A stretch of 64,000 bases of DNA from Candidatus Woesearchaeota archaeon (GTDB lineage Archaea > Nanobdellota > Nanobdellia > Pacearchaeales > GW2011-AR1). Location: contig CAYXTT010000001.1 of NCBI GenBank assembly GCA_964468545.1, positions 1,894 through 65,893 of the forward strand, given 5' to 3'. Below, piece by piece: positions 1 to 10,221 of this stretch; position 1 is the first letter of the stretch, and each line of letters opens with the position of its first letter. Below the pieces are notes generated by a model that ran no database searches, had not been told where the DNA came from, and was given only the letters and a program-made list of their open reading frames with translations. Position numbers and translations under genes: made by a program.

Positions 1-1966
1 CGACATCAAAGCCAACCTTGCAGGACTTGGCGTAAGATACGAAAACTTCAACAACCGAACCAACCAAGGAAAAGAAAAAATAGGAAACATCAAAAACAAA
101 ATAGAAAAATTAAATATTGAAATATCAAAAATTCGAACATCCTCCCCAGAAATAAAAAAACAACAAGAACAAAACAAAATTCTTCAAGAACAATTAGACA
201 AACTTGAACAAGAAAGAAGAAAATTCTACATCCTAAAATCCGATTTATCAACAACCGAAAACCAAAAACAACAAAGAGAAAAAATCCTAATCGAATCTTC
301 AAAAGAAATCCAACTGATAGAACAGACAATCACATCCCTCTTCTACGAAATAAAATACTCAAAATCCGTCGAGGAAAACGAAAAACTCAAGACAGAAACC
401 AAAAATAAAATCGAAACAACAATAGGGCAAATATTAAAATCAGAAAAAGAAATTCTCGAAAAAGAAAAAAGAAACGCGATTTTAGAAACAACAATCAAAC
501 GAGAAGAAAAACTAAAAGACGACATAATCCAGCTCAAATTCTGTCCAATCTGCAAACAAAACGTAGGAGAAGACCACAAGCACAACATCTCGATAAACGC
601 GAACGCGAAAATAGACTCAACAAAAAAAGAAATCGAAGAAAATCTCCGAACAAAACTTGAAGACAACACGAAAGCAACCAACCTTAAAGAAAAATTATCG
701 ACGCTAAGAATTAAACTAAACGAATTAGACATTGACCAAATAAAATTAAAAAACTCCGAAGAGAAAAAAGAACAAATAAAAAAAATCACGAAAAACCAAG
801 AAGAAACAAAAAAGGAATTGGTATACCTAAACGAAAAATTTCATTCAATAAAAACAGAATATGAAAAATTAAAAAACATAGAAGAAAAATACGATGAAAC
901 AAAATTAGCTCTTCAAGAAATCTCCTTCACCGACATGGACATCGACACCGAAATAATAATCAAGAAAAAAGAAACAAACCGGTTGTCAATGGAACTCAAA
1001 TCAACAGAAAGAGATATCGAAGAATCCGAAATCGAACTAAAAAAAATAGAAATCGCGATAAAGGAAAAAGAAAAAGAGGCAGGAAAAAAAGAAATTGAAG
1101 AACAAAAATTATACGAAAAAGCGCAAAGATTCTTCGACGAAAGAAATGAAACTCAAGACCAGCAAAAAACAATCGAAACTGATGTCATCGGAATACAACA
1201 CATAATCAAAAACTTCGAAGACAAAATAAATCAAAACAAAATACAAAGAGCGCAACTCTCAGCGCAAATAGATTCAATAAAAACAGAACTTGCAGAATTC
1301 GAACAAATAGAACTTCTACCATTGCCAATCGACCAAATAAAAGAACGTCTCCAAAAAGCCCAATTCCAAATATCAAGACTCGGCAGCGTAAACATGCGAG
1401 CCCTCGAAGTTTTTGACACCGTCGAGGAACAAGTAAAATTAATCCAAGAAAAAATCGCCACAATCCAGTCCGAAGAAGAAAAAATCAAAACCATCATCAC
1501 TGAAATCGACAAGAAAAAAAAGAAATCATTCTTGACAACCCTAACCGCCATCAACGAATTTTTCACAAGAAATTTCACCCAACTTTCCCACAAAGGGCAA
1601 GTGTTCCTCGAGCTCGAAAACAAAAATGACCCATTTGATGGCGGACTAAATATTTTAATCAAAGTTTCAAGAGGACGATACTTCGACATCAAATCCCTCT
1701 CCGGCGGCGAACAAACAATGGTCGCACTCTCGCTAATCTTCGCAATTCAAGAATACCGACCCTACTGCTTCTATGTGTTCGACGAAATCGACGCCGCCCT
1801 CGACAAACATAACTCCGAACTCCTAGCTGCCCTAATCAAAAAATACATGACATCCGGCCAATACATAATCATCACTCACAACGACACCCTAATCTCCGAA
1901 GCCTCAAACCTCTACGGCGTATCCATGCAAGAAAATATAAGCAAAATTATTTCTCTCAAAATATAA
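1..1966 (+). CDS. rad50: Rad50 ATPase, 5'-truncated by the window edge. Frame 2 is open from nt 2 to 1966; the track ORF 818..1966 is its C-terminal part.
   Basis: Long coiled-coil translation with a CPIC zinc-hook motif near nt 545-556. C-terminal ABC signature LSGGE, Walker B/D-loop DEIDAALD and H-loop ITHN. Confidence 0.8.
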   Translation, partial: DIKANLAGLGVRYENFNNRTNQGKEKIGNIKNKIEKLNIEISKIRTSSPEIKKQQEQNKILQEQLDKLEQERRKFYILKSDLSTTENQKQQREKILIESSKEIQLIEQTITSLFYEIKYSKSVEENEKLKTETKNKIETTIGQILKSEKEILEKEKRNAILETTIKREEKLKDDIIQLKFCPICKQNVGEDHKHNISINANAKIDSTKKEIEENLRTKLEDNTKATNLKEKLSTLRIKLNELDIDQIKLKNSEEKKEQIKKITKNQEETKKELVYLNEKFHSIKTEYEKLKNIEEKYDETKLALQEISFTDMDIDTEIIIKKKETNRLSMELKSTERDIEESEIELKKIEIAIKEKEKEAGKKEIEEQKLYEKAQRFFDERNETQDQQKTIETDVIGIQHIIKNFEDKINQNKIQRAQLSAQIDSIKTELAEFEQIELLPLPIDQIKERLQKAQFQISRLGSVNMRALEVFDTVEEQVKLIQEKIATIQSEEEKIKTIITEIDKKKKKSFLTTLTAINEFFTRNFTQLSHKGQVFLELENKNDPFDGGLNILIKVSRGRYFDIKSLSGGEQTMVALSLIFAIQEYRPYCFYVFDEIDAALDKHNSELLAALIKKYMTSGQYIIITHNDTLISEASNLYGVSMQENISKIISLKI

Positions 1967-2039
1967 CCCCCACTTCGCGTGAAGGCGGCAAAGCCATCCT
2001 ACAAATAAACGAAGCAAAGCTTCGACAAATCACTACCCT

Positions 2040-2531
2040 CTACTTTCTACCATCTATTAACCACCTCGGCACCATCCTTCGCGTATACCTCGCAAAACTT
2101 TTCTTCTCTCCAACATAATACCGACGATACGCCATCACAACATCATCACCCTTATACTCATCCGGCATCGCCAAAACAAACCTCGTCAAACCTTTCTTCG
2201 CAACCTTCGGCTTATTCGCAACACACCACTCAACAACCTTCTGCGACTTATGAACTTTCCCATATCTCAAAGTATACTCACTACAAAGAGCCAACCCAAG
2301 CCGACAAAGAAAATCATAATTATCCAAACTCTCCCGAACCCAAACGCAACATGGATGATTAACATGCGTCAATTTATATGGCGCCGAACCACAACAAACC
2401 CAATGAGCCGAACAAAGCATCTGCGCGCTTTCCAGTATCATTTTCACAACATGCTTGTCATTGTGATACGTCGCACACTTCCTCAAATTTTTATCAAGCA
2501 AAAAAATATTCATCTTCTTCCTTACCTCCAC
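2040..2531 (-). CDS. Cys-rich hypothetical protein. Possibly a pyrimidine-dimer DNA glycosylase (endonuclease V-like), but the match is weak.
   Basis: 163 aa. The N-terminal pattern MNIFLLDKNL...DKHVVKMILESAQML is reminiscent of the Pyr_excise family. It lies convergent to rad50. Confidence 0.3.
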   Translation of the reverse strand: MEVRKKMNIFLLDKNLRKCATYHNDKHVVKMILESAQMLCSAHWVCCGSAPYKLTHVNHPCCVWVRESLDNYDFLCRLGLALCSEYTLRYGKVHKSQKVVEWCVANKPKVAKKGLTRFVLAMPDEYKGDDVVMAYRRYYVGEKKSFARYTRRMVPRWLIDGRK

Positions 2532-2590
2532 CTAAATGTTTTTCTCTCGAAAAACAAAAATCCTCAAAAAATTAAAGAGGAAAATTAAAA

Positions 2591-3823
2591 TTAATAATAT
2601 GAAGTTTCTACTTCTTCAATTGGCTTTTCCTTCCGTGTAAGAAGAACAACCAAAACAATAAGGAGAACAACAAAGACAATTACAAGAACTACCGTCAAAG
2701 CAACAACCGAAGTCGAAACACTTTTGCCGACGACGTTCGCGCCAAAAACAGTTTGTTCACCGTTAACGCCCACAGAAAAAGTATAAGTTCCAATCTCAGC
2801 ATCATCTGCCGCAGTCACGCTAATAACAACGCTCTCGCTCGAATCAGGGCCAACAGTAACTACTGAGGGAACTGAAACACTTAAGACATTGCCAGAAACG
2901 GACTCTATATTGAAAACCTTAATGCTATCCGCAGAATTAACAATAACCAAATCATAAGTCACTGTCTCTCCAGCATTCAAATCCTTATTCTTCGCAGCAG
3001 CCAAAACCATAGTCGAAGCCGAATCGCCAACACTAATTAACTTAGTGGCAATCGCCTCAGCATCGTAGTTGTAAGCCCTAATTTCAAGTTCATAAACGCC
3101 ACCCTTGGCATTATCAGGAACTCTCAAAGGAACAACTATCTCCATGGAATCTTCGTCGTCACAATTGCTCACAACAACATTATCGTAACCATCTTCAGAC
3201 AAGATACAATCTTCCGTAGGAATCAAATCCCCAACATACCCTCGCGAAGAAATCGCCAAGGCCGGAATCGAAACCTGGACATAAACATCGTCCAATCTGT
3301 CATAACCATTATTCTTAACAACAACAGAAATCGGAACAACATCGCCAGCCGAAACCCTCGAAGAATAATCAACAGTCAAAACTTTAATAGTATAAGATTC
3401 TCTCTGCATACTAACAGTATACTTCTGCTCCGTTCTCTTATCCTTAGAAACAATCTCAACATAAAGAGTATATTCCTCAGACAATTCGTCAGAATCAGAA
3501 GGTAACTTCAAGCTTAAAAGTTTGGTATAAACATTGCCACCTTCAACATCAAACCTGTCAGTCGAAGCGGAAACATCCTCACGATAACCTTCCATAGAAA
3601 CCTTGACTCTCACATCGCTCTCATCGCCGCAAGCCCGAAATGTTACTCGCACAGGAACAACATCGCCGACATTACCAACCATTGTGGTCGAAGCCCCCAG
3701 CCCAACGCTATTAAATTCTACAGCGACGTCATTAGCAAGACCAGCCGAAGCAAAACTCAAAACCATCAGAGTTAGAACTGCAACAAAAGGAATTAAAAGC
3801 AAATTTCTTTTCATTTTTTCCAT
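2591..3823 (-). CDS. Surface or secreted protein with an N-terminal signal peptide and a C-terminal transmembrane anchor. Ser/Val-rich, with a beta-rich CARDB-like repeat character.
   Basis: The N-terminus MEKMKRNLLLIPFVAVLTLMVLSFASA is hydrophobic. The C-terminus VVALTVVLVIVFVVLLIVLVVLLTRKEK is a transmembrane segment followed by basic residues. Confidence 0.5.
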   Translation of the reverse strand: MEKMKRNLLLIPFVAVLTLMVLSFASAGLANDVAVEFNSVGLGASTTMVGNVGDVVPVRVTFRACGDESDVRVKVSMEGYREDVSASTDRFDVEGGNVYTKLLSLKLPSDSDELSEEYTLYVEIVSKDKRTEQKYTVSMQRESYTIKVLTVDYSSRVSAGDVVPISVVVKNNGYDRLDDVYVQVSIPALAISSRGYVGDLIPTEDCILSEDGYDNVVVSNCDDEDSMEIVVPLRVPDNAKGGVYELEIRAYNYDAEAIATKLISVGDSASTMVLAAAKNKDLNAGETVTYDLVIVNSADSIKVFNIESVSGNVLSVSVPSVVTVGPDSSESVVISVTAADDAEIGTYTFSVGVNGEQTVFGANVVGKSVSTSVVALTVVLVIVFVVLLIVLVVLLTRKEKPIEEVETSYY

Positions 3824-3936
3824 CCTAATTTAGTTAAACACTCAACAAATAAAAGCTATTTAAACCTTAGCATTGTTGTAATTTTAAAAGGACAAAAAGA
3901 TTTAAATAGTATACCATCGTATACCGAATATCGTAA

Positions 3937-4218
3937 ATGAGAGTAACAAAAATGGCAATTAAAAAAATAACAGAAAAAATCACAACCATAAAACTTCTGG
4001 AAGAAACAAAACTCCGAATCGAAAAACTCCGACAAAACAAAGGCGAATCCTACGACGACATTCTTAGAAAAATCCTCTACATCTTAAACACCGCGCGAGA
4101 CGAACCCGACAAAGCAAAACGAATTCTCGAAAAAATTTCCGAACTCCGACAACGAATGCTCGACGAGGAAAAACAACAGGAAGAAGATCTGAAAAAAGAA
4201 AACGGAAGAGAAGAGTAA
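3937..4218 (+). CDS. Small ribbon-helix-helix-like DNA-binding protein.
   Basis: 93 aa. TIKLLEETKLRIEKL...GESYDDILRKIL fits the strand-helix-helix pattern. It has a charged C-terminal tail. Confidence 0.35.
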   Translation: MRVTKMAIKKITEKITTIKLLEETKLRIEKLRQNKGESYDDILRKILYILNTARDEPDKAKRILEKISELRQRMLDEEKQQEEDLKKENGREE

Positions 4219-4485
4219 TGGACGAAGAACTTAATAGACGAAGAACTTAATGAAAAAATAACAGACAGAATAGATTCAGCAATAGCCAGAGCCCATCAAT
4301 TCTTACAAAGCTGCACCATCGAAGAATTAGTTAAAGAATCTATCAAATTAGGAGCAGCAAAAGAAAAATTAGAAACCATCAAAGAATACTTTGTGCCAAG
4401 ATTGTACGAAGAATTAAAAACAAAAATCAGCATCCTTGAAAAAAAATACCTCATAGAAGCACAATACCAAGATCGACAAAGATAA
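4218..4485 (+). pseudogene. Small hypothetical ORF disrupted by a 16-bp tandem duplication.
   Basis: ATG at 4218 overlaps the upstream stop (TAATG). The duplication GACGAAGAACTTAAT(A) at 4222-4252 shifts the frame; MDEELNRRRT* then terminates. Without one copy, a clean about 83-aa ORF reads through to the TAA at 4483-4485. Confidence 0.45.
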
Positions 4486-5310
4486 CTACAAACTCCCCCA
4501 CTCTCTCATCCCAACAACCGAATCTCCAACAGCGTCGGGACTTTCACATATCAAAACAACATCTTTATCTAACCCAGACAAAAATTCCAACACCTTCTTC
4601 CATTCAGACAAAGGCGTCACCAAATGTTTCTTCTCGCCCTTATCTCCAAACTCAATCCCTGAAAAATGCACGTGCCAATTCTTCAACTTGAAAACCTCTT
4701 CAATTTTCTCAAACTCATAATTTTTATAACGAGCCAAAACATGCGCAATATCAATACAAACCCCGCAACCCGTCTCGCGAACCAATCGCCCAACCTCGTC
4801 AATCGAACCAAAAACATTCACCTTCCCCATAACCTCCGGACACAATTCAACATCCCATTTATTTTCCTTCACAACTTCCATCATCTCAACCACCCCTTCC
4901 TTAATCTTCTGAAAATCCGCTTCCATCCATTCTGAATTCTGACACCTGACACCTGACACCTTATTCAAATTCTTTGAGTTTGAATAAAATCCCGGATGAA
5001 AAACAACCCGCTTCGCCCCGAGCCACGACGCAACCTCGCAACATTTCAAAATCCGAGCCCTCGACATCTCAACCTTCTTCTCTTCCTTCGAATTCAAATT
5101 AATCCAATATGGCGCATGCACCGACAAATAAATCCCCAACTTTTTCGCAACCCGACCAATTCTCAAAGCATCCTCTTTCTTTTTAATATAAATCCCATAA
5201 GTAAACAAAACCTCCGCCGCCCGAAAACCCAACTTATGATACATCTCCAAATTCGCAACCGCATCACCAACCGACCCAATCCCCGTCGGACCAAATCTTA
5301 TATTAGACAT
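4486..5310 (-). CDS. nfo: Endonuclease IV (AP endonuclease, xylose-isomerase-like TIM barrel).
   Basis: Motifs HAPYWINL, HPGFY and IDIAHV. 274 aa. It carries an in-frame repeat insertion, listed separately. Confidence 0.8.
   Translation of the reverse strand: MSNIRFGPTGIGSVGDAVANLEMYHKLGFRAAEVLFTYGIYIKKKEDALRIGRVAKKLGIYLSVHAPYWINLNSKEEKKVEMSRARILKCCEVASWLGAKRVVFHPGFYSNSKNLNKVSGVRCQNSEWMEADFQKIKEGVVEMMEVVKENKWDVELCPEVMGKVNVFGSIDEVGRLVRETGCGVCIDIAHVLARYKNYEFEKIEEVFKLKNWHVHFSGIEFGDKGEKKHLVTPLSEWKKVLEFLSGLDKDVVLICESPDAVGDSVVGMREWGSL
4939..4987 (+). repeat. (GACACCT)x3 tandem heptamer followed by a 9-bp-stem hairpin (TTATTCAAA-ttctttgag-TTTGAATAA). It is inserted in-frame inside nfo.
   Basis: Read directly from the sequence. 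On the coding strand it translates as ...NSKNLNKVSGVRCQNSEW... Confidence 0.8.
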
Positions 5311-5351
5311 AATAATTAAATAATCATCAACAATTTAAACATTTCCTATAA

Positions 5352-6614
5352 TCACTCATATCTCATTAACGCATCCACCGGCTTCAACCTCGACGCTCTA
5401 TACGCCGGTATCGCTCCCGCAATCATTCCTATAAATATTGAAAGCAAAAACACCCCGATTATCAGCGTCGGACTAAAATAAGTAGAACTAAACGACAATC
5501 TCCCAAACGAACCACTCGCCAAACTTCCAATAAGACCCGCGCCAAAAACACCGAGGACAATTCCGCCAATCCCGCCAATCAATCCCAGCAAACCCGAACT
5601 AAACAAAAATATAACAAGTATATCCTTGTTCTGCGCACCAATCGCTTTCAAAATTCCAATCTCTCTCGTCTTCTCCATCACAGAAGTAAACATCGTGTTC
5701 GCTATACCAACCGCCCCGACAATTAACGAAATCGCCGCAATAGCCGCCAAAAACAACGCAATCGAATTAAGTGAAGAACTAACCGTCGCCTGAATTTCCG
5801 CAGGATTTGAAACACTAAAGTCGATATTCTTCGTCTGAAGAATCCCACGAGACAACATCAACTTCTGGGTTATCTCAGCAACCGTCTCATTCGTCAAATC
5901 CACATCTTTTATCTTCACAGAAATAGAATTAAACTTTTCATCTCCAACATTATCAATAACCTCTCGCGCCATCAAAATCGGCATGTAAATATTTGAATCA
6001 ACACTCCCACTCTGCTCCAGTACTCCGACAATCTTGAAAATTTTCCCCTCTATCGTAATCTGCCTATTTATTTGCATCCCATCAAAAACAGAATTCGCAA
6101 CACGATAACCAACAACAACCGAATTCGAATCTCCCTGCATCAAGTATCTCCCCGAACTCAAACCCGTCGTGATAAAATCTTTCCACACTTCCGCATCAAC
6201 TCCCTCAATATTCACCGTCGACGATTTACTCAAATAAGTCACATCTGCCCTGCCAGAAACCATCCCCATCACAAAATCAATATTCTGAATCCCTTTCAAA
6301 ACAATCACATCTTTCGCAGTAAGATTTTTTTGCTCCGACGAAGACGAAGAACTTCCAAAATCTCCGCCGCCGCCACGAATCTGAAACCCACCCCCGGAAC
6401 CCATCGCCCGCGAAGCCCCGGGACTAATCGTCAAAACATCCCCCCCTAAATTCCCTAAACTTTCCTGCAACTGCTGCTGCGCCCCCTGACTAACAGAAAC
6501 AATCGAAACAACCGCCGCAATTCCAATCACAATCCCGATAATCGTCAGATAACTTCTCAGTCTGCTATGTATCAACATATTAAGCGAAAGTTGAAACGCT
6601 TTTTTCGTTTTCAT
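5352..6614 (-). CDS. ABC transporter permease of the FtsX/MacB type.
   Basis: 420 aa. An N-terminal transmembrane segment, a large extracytoplasmic domain, then a C-terminal cluster of transmembrane helices typical of FtsX-domain permeases. Confidence 0.75.
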   Translation of the reverse strand: MKTKKAFQLSLNMLIHSRLRSYLTIIGIVIGIAAVVSIVSVSQGAQQQLQESLGNLGGDVLTISPGASRAMGSGGGFQIRGGGGDFGSSSSSSEQKNLTAKDVIVLKGIQNIDFVMGMVSGRADVTYLSKSSTVNIEGVDAEVWKDFITTGLSSGRYLMQGDSNSVVVGYRVANSVFDGMQINRQITIEGKIFKIVGVLEQSGSVDSNIYMPILMAREVIDNVGDEKFNSISVKIKDVDLTNETVAEITQKLMLSRGILQTKNIDFSVSNPAEIQATVSSSLNSIALFLAAIAAISLIVGAVGIANTMFTSVMEKTREIGILKAIGAQNKDILVIFLFSSGLLGLIGGIGGIVLGVFGAGLIGSLASGSFGRLSFSSTYFSPTLIIGVFLLSIFIGMIAGAIPAYRASRLKPVDALMRYE

Positions 6615-6616
6615 GG

Positions 6617-7621
6617 TTACTTCCTCTTCCTTTCAGCTAAAACCCAATCTGGAACTCCCTTAGAATTTTTCCCACCCTCAATCTTTTTCGACCCCGATTT
6701 CAATCCCAAAAATAATTTCTTCATCTTCCCGGGATATTTACTATGATACCAATATCCTCCTCCCGCAACCAAAACAACAACTATCCAAAACCAAACACTC
6801 TTGAAAATACTACTACTCTGTTGCGTCGTTGTAAAATTACCTCTTTGAAAATTTCCACCAATAACTTGCCCCGTTATATTTATTGGAGAAGCCGAAATAA
6901 ACTGAACATTTTTCACAACGCTCCTTCTTCCTCCAATGCTATCCGTATAATCTAACTGAACCTGCAAATCACTTCCCTGACTTCTCCCAACTTGCGTCAA
7001 ACTAAAACTAACAATAGTATAATCCCCAGAATCAAGATTCCCAACCATCTGCCCATTAGTTCCAGAAATTCTATAATTATCCTGCTCCGGAATTCTAACT
7101 ATCAAAGAATTCGCAGTATTCACGCCCGTATTCGCAATCGCAATCGAAACATCCGTCCCAGAAGATTCCTGCACAACTAAATCAAAATCCGTCTGCACAT
7201 TCGAAACTTCTATCGGAAAAGAACTAATAACCCCTGAATTTAATTTGCTATTCATATATTTTAATTTAAATTCATTTTCCCCCTCAACGGCATCCTTACT
7301 CACACGAATCTTATAATGCATGACAACCTCAAAAGAACTCGCGTCCTTATACTCTCTAACAGGATTTTCATTTTCATCGACGCTAAACGGAAAACTATCA
7401 ATCAATTCAAACTTCGCATAATCAACCGAATTCCCCAACGACGCCTTAACCCAAACATCAAAATATTCCCCGGGACTTACAGGATAAGGTTCGTACTTTA
7501 ACTGAGTTATCTGAGTACCATCATAATCATAATTATACGAATAATTCAAAACCTCCTCTGCGGAAATAATGCTCGTCAAAAAAACACACATCACTAAAAT
7601 CAAAATAAATCTACTTTTCAT
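6617..7621 (-). CDS. Secreted or membrane-anchored protein of the ABC transporter operon (substrate-binding or accessory role).
   Basis: N-terminal signal peptide MKSRFILILVMCVFLTSIISA and a C-terminal transmembrane segment. The stop overlaps the permease start and the start overlaps the ATPase stop. Confidence 0.45.
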   Translation of the reverse strand: MKSRFILILVMCVFLTSIISAEEVLNYSYNYDYDGTQITQLKYEPYPVSPGEYFDVWVKASLGNSVDYAKFELIDSFPFSVDENENPVREYKDASSFEVVMHYKIRVSKDAVEGENEFKLKYMNSKLNSGVISSFPIEVSNVQTDFDLVVQESSGTDVSIAIANTGVNTANSLIVRIPEQDNYRISGTNGQMVGNLDSGDYTIVSFSLTQVGRSQGSDLQVQLDYTDSIGGRRSVVKNVQFISASPINITGQVIGGNFQRGNFTTTQQSSSIFKSVWFWIVVVLVAGGGYWYHSKYPGKMKKLFLGLKSGSKKIEGGKNSKGVPDWVLAERKRK

Positions 7622-8325
7622 CTTCTCTTGCGCATCTCCCCACTTTCAATATTTTTCTCAATCCTTCCGTCCATCACATAAACAATTCTCTTGGCATACT
7701 GGACCAAGTTCAAATCATGAGTAACAATAACAACCGTTTTCCCCTCGCCATTTAATTTCCCAAGAAAATCCATCACAAATTTTCCCGTCTTGCTATCCAA
7801 ATTTCCCGTCGGCTCGTCCGCCAAAATAACTTCCGGGTCATTCGCCAAACTCCTCGCAATCGCAACTCTTTGCTGTTGCCCTCCAGACAACTCGTTCGGT
7901 TTATGATTAAGACGGTCTCCCAATCCTAATTTCACCAAAAGTTTCGTCGCCCTCTCTCTCGCAATTTTCTCGGAAGTATCAACAATTTCCATCGGCAGCA
8001 TCACATTCTGAAGCGCACTCAAAGTAGGTATCAAATTAAATTGCTGAAAAATAAATCCAACTTTCTTACTTCTCAACTTCGCCAAAGACGATTCGCTTAT
8101 TTTACCAATATCTTTATCATCAAGATAAATCGTCCCATAAGAAGGAACATCAAGAGCACCAATCATATTTACCATCGTGCTTTTCCCACTCCCGCTCGGA
8201 CCAACGACAGCGACAAACTCTCCCCTCTCGACTTTCAAATCAATTTCCTTCAAAACCGTCAATCCGCCCGCCTTGCCCATGTCATATCTTTTCCATACAT
8301 CATCAAGAACAATCACGGGTTTCAT
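7618..8325 (-). CDS. ABC transporter ATP-binding protein (MacB/LolD-like).
   Basis: Walker A GPSGSGKST, signature LSGGQQQRVAIARSL and Walker B ILADEPTGNLD. Confidence 0.9.
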   Translation of the reverse strand: MKPVIVLDDVWKRYDMGKAGGLTVLKEIDLKVERGEFVAVVGPSGSGKSTMVNMIGALDVPSYGTIYLDDKDIGKISESSLAKLRSKKVGFIFQQFNLIPTLSALQNVMLPMEIVDTSEKIARERATKLLVKLGLGDRLNHKPNELSGGQQQRVAIARSLANDPEVILADEPTGNLDSKTGKFVMDFLGKLNGEGKTVVIVTHDLNLVQYAKRIVYVMDGRIEKNIESGEMRKRR

Positions 8326-8346
8326 ATTCTCTCATCGGTTTCCTAT

Positions 8347-8367
8347 TTTTAAACAATGTGGATTTAA
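8347..8367. promoter_or_regulatory. Near-perfect 19-bp palindrome TGTGGATTT-a-AAATCCACA between the ABC ATPase start and the DedA stop.
   Basis: The inverted repeat is seen in the sequence. It could be a terminator for the DedA-like gene or an operator for the ABC operon. Confidence 0.4.
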
Positions 8368-8393
8368 AATCCACAAATAAAATCAAGCTCGCA

Positions 8394-9095
8394 TCAAATC
8401 CCCGAATTCCCCAATCGCCCAAAAATTCTCGGAAAACTAATCCTCAAAATTCCTCCAATTTCCCCTCGATAAAAAAACAAAGCAACAACAGTTATTACAA
8501 TCAAACTAGCAATCGAAAAATATATTTGAAAATAATTTGAATAAATCATCCCATTAATCAAATAAGCCGTAAAAAAAGTATTCGGAAGATTCCCTAAAAA
8601 AGTAGCAAGAAAATAATCTCTCAAATTAATTTTCATAATCCCCCCAAGAAAATTCGGAATCGTCGGCGGAACAAAAAATATCGTGCTCAAAATAAAAACT
8701 GTCTTGAAAGGACTTTTCTCGACGACCTCATCAAATTTTTCCAAACCACGACCCCGCCGTTTAAGATAATTCTGCACATATTCTCTCCCAAGTTTTCTCG
8801 CAATATAAAAATCAACAATCGAACTCCCGAGAATTCCAATCATCGCATAAACAACAAGACCCGGAAGAGAAAAAATCAACGCACCCAATCCTGTCATAAC
8901 ACTCACCGAAAACGAAAAAGAAGCAAGCACGATAAACGCCAGCGAATACAAAAATCCCGCGAGAAAAGGATTCAGCGAAACAAATAAATCTATCGAAGAA
9001 GAATTCAATCCAAAATATCCGGACAAAACACCGACGGCAACTGAGACAACCACAAAAACAAGAAACAGCAAAAACTTCTTCTTGGAACCGCTCAT
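8394..9095 (-). CDS. DedA/TVP38-family membrane protein.
   Basis: Multi-pass membrane protein. The core YIARKLGREYV...FKTVFILSTIFFVPPTIPNFLGG is typical of DedA/SNARE-associated proteins. Confidence 0.5.
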   Translation of the reverse strand: MSGSKKKFLLFLVFVVVSVAVGVLSGYFGLNSSSIDLFVSLNPFLAGFLYSLAFIVLASFSFSVSVMTGLGALIFSLPGLVVYAMIGILGSSIVDFYIARKLGREYVQNYLKRRGRGLEKFDEVVEKSPFKTVFILSTIFFVPPTIPNFLGGIMKINLRDYFLATFLGNLPNTFFTAYLINGMIYSNYFQIYFSIASLIVITVVALFFYRGEIGGILRISFPRIFGRLGNSGI

Positions 9096-9394
9096 ATTTT
9101 CTTCACAACTCTCTCCTCATTTAAATCCAAAATATAATGCTTCTTCAAACTCCCATTTATCACCTCGACATTAACTCTGCCCCTCGACGAATAAACATTA
9201 AAACCATTTATCTTATAATCGCCAACGCCGATACTCTTGTTAAGAATGCTCGCCACTCGCTCCCTATCTAACTCGCTAAGCGGAATTATATGTTTATGAA
9301 ACTCGACAAAATAAATCAAATGAAAAATCAAATTTGCAAAAAGAATCAACGCGACAACCAACAAAACAACCAACAAAAATAAACGTTTTTTCAT
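9092..9394 (-). CDS. Small membrane-anchored hypothetical protein.
   Basis: An N-terminal transmembrane helix. Its stop overlaps the DedA start by 4 nt. Confidence 0.4.
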   Translation of the reverse strand: MKKRLFLLVVLLVVALILFANLIFHLIYFVEFHKHIIPLSELDRERVASILNKSIGVGDYKINGFNVYSSRGRVNVEVINGSLKKHYILDLNEERVVKKI

Positions 9395-9488
9395 AACAAG
9401 ATATAGAATCTAAATTATTAAACATATCTCTCTAAATTCCACGTCCATCATTTTTATAAATCCTCACACCCACTCAACACAAGATAAA

Positions 9489-10220
9489 ATGCCAATATCA
9501 ACGGGAAGAATTATTTTCAAAAGCATTGGAAGAGAAAAATTAACCAGCCTGCTCGGACTAGGATTAGGAGCAGAATTTTTTTACTCGTTCATAATAATCG
9601 TCTGCAGTTTAATAATTTATTTCGGCACAAAAGAACTTTACGAATTAAGCTCACACAAAGGAATAAAATATTTCAGACAAGCATTTCTATTTTTCGCAAT
9701 CGCCTATTTCTTCAGAGGGTTCATAAAATTTATAGTTATTTACTTTGATATCAACGGAATACTAGAACTTTCTCCAATCACATTTGGAATCACAGGACTA
9801 GCAACTCAACTTTTATTTGTATACTTCAGCTCGATGGCAATATTTTATCTTCTTTATAGTGTAATGCAAAAATGGAATAACAATTCCCGCAAAATTTATT
9901 TATTACACTTTCTTGCCATAACTCTCGCTCTAATAAGCGTCTTGTCAAGAAACCCGCTAGTTTATCTGGGACTAAATCTTTTCCTTCTTGCCGTCGTCGT
10001 TTTCATTATTCGAATCTCTTATCAATATAAAAAGAACAGAAAAGGAAAACACCATCTTTACCTGACTTACATTCTTCTTTCTTTGTTCTGGGTACTTAAC
10101 ATCATAGACACTTTAATCCCAAAATTTTTCCAGGGCTTCCAATTATTTATCTACCTGGCATCAACATTAGTATTCTTGCTTGTTTTATACAGAGTTATAA
10201 AAAATACTGGGACTGATTAA
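9489..10220 (+). CDS. Multi-pass integral membrane protein, hypothetical.
   Basis: 243 aa with about seven hydrophobic segments. Confidence 0.5.
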   Translation: MPISTGRIIFKSIGREKLTSLLGLGLGAEFFYSFIIIVCSLIIYFGTKELYELSSHKGIKYFRQAFLFFAIAYFFRGFIKFIVIYFDINGILELSPITFGITGLATQLLFVYFSSMAIFYLLYSVMQKWNNNSRKIYLLHFLAITLALISVLSRNPLVYLGLNLFLLAVVVFIIRISYQYKKNRKGKHHLYLTYILLSLFWVLNIIDTLIPKFFQGFQLFIYLASTLVFLLVLYRVIKNTGTD

Positions 10221-10221
10221 A

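Noticed and set aside
3937-4485. Programmed stop-codon read-through or recoding joining the RHH ORF to the downstream startless ORF.
   Set aside because: A 16-bp tandem duplication that exactly accounts for the frame disruption of an ATG-initiated ORF is a simpler explanation.
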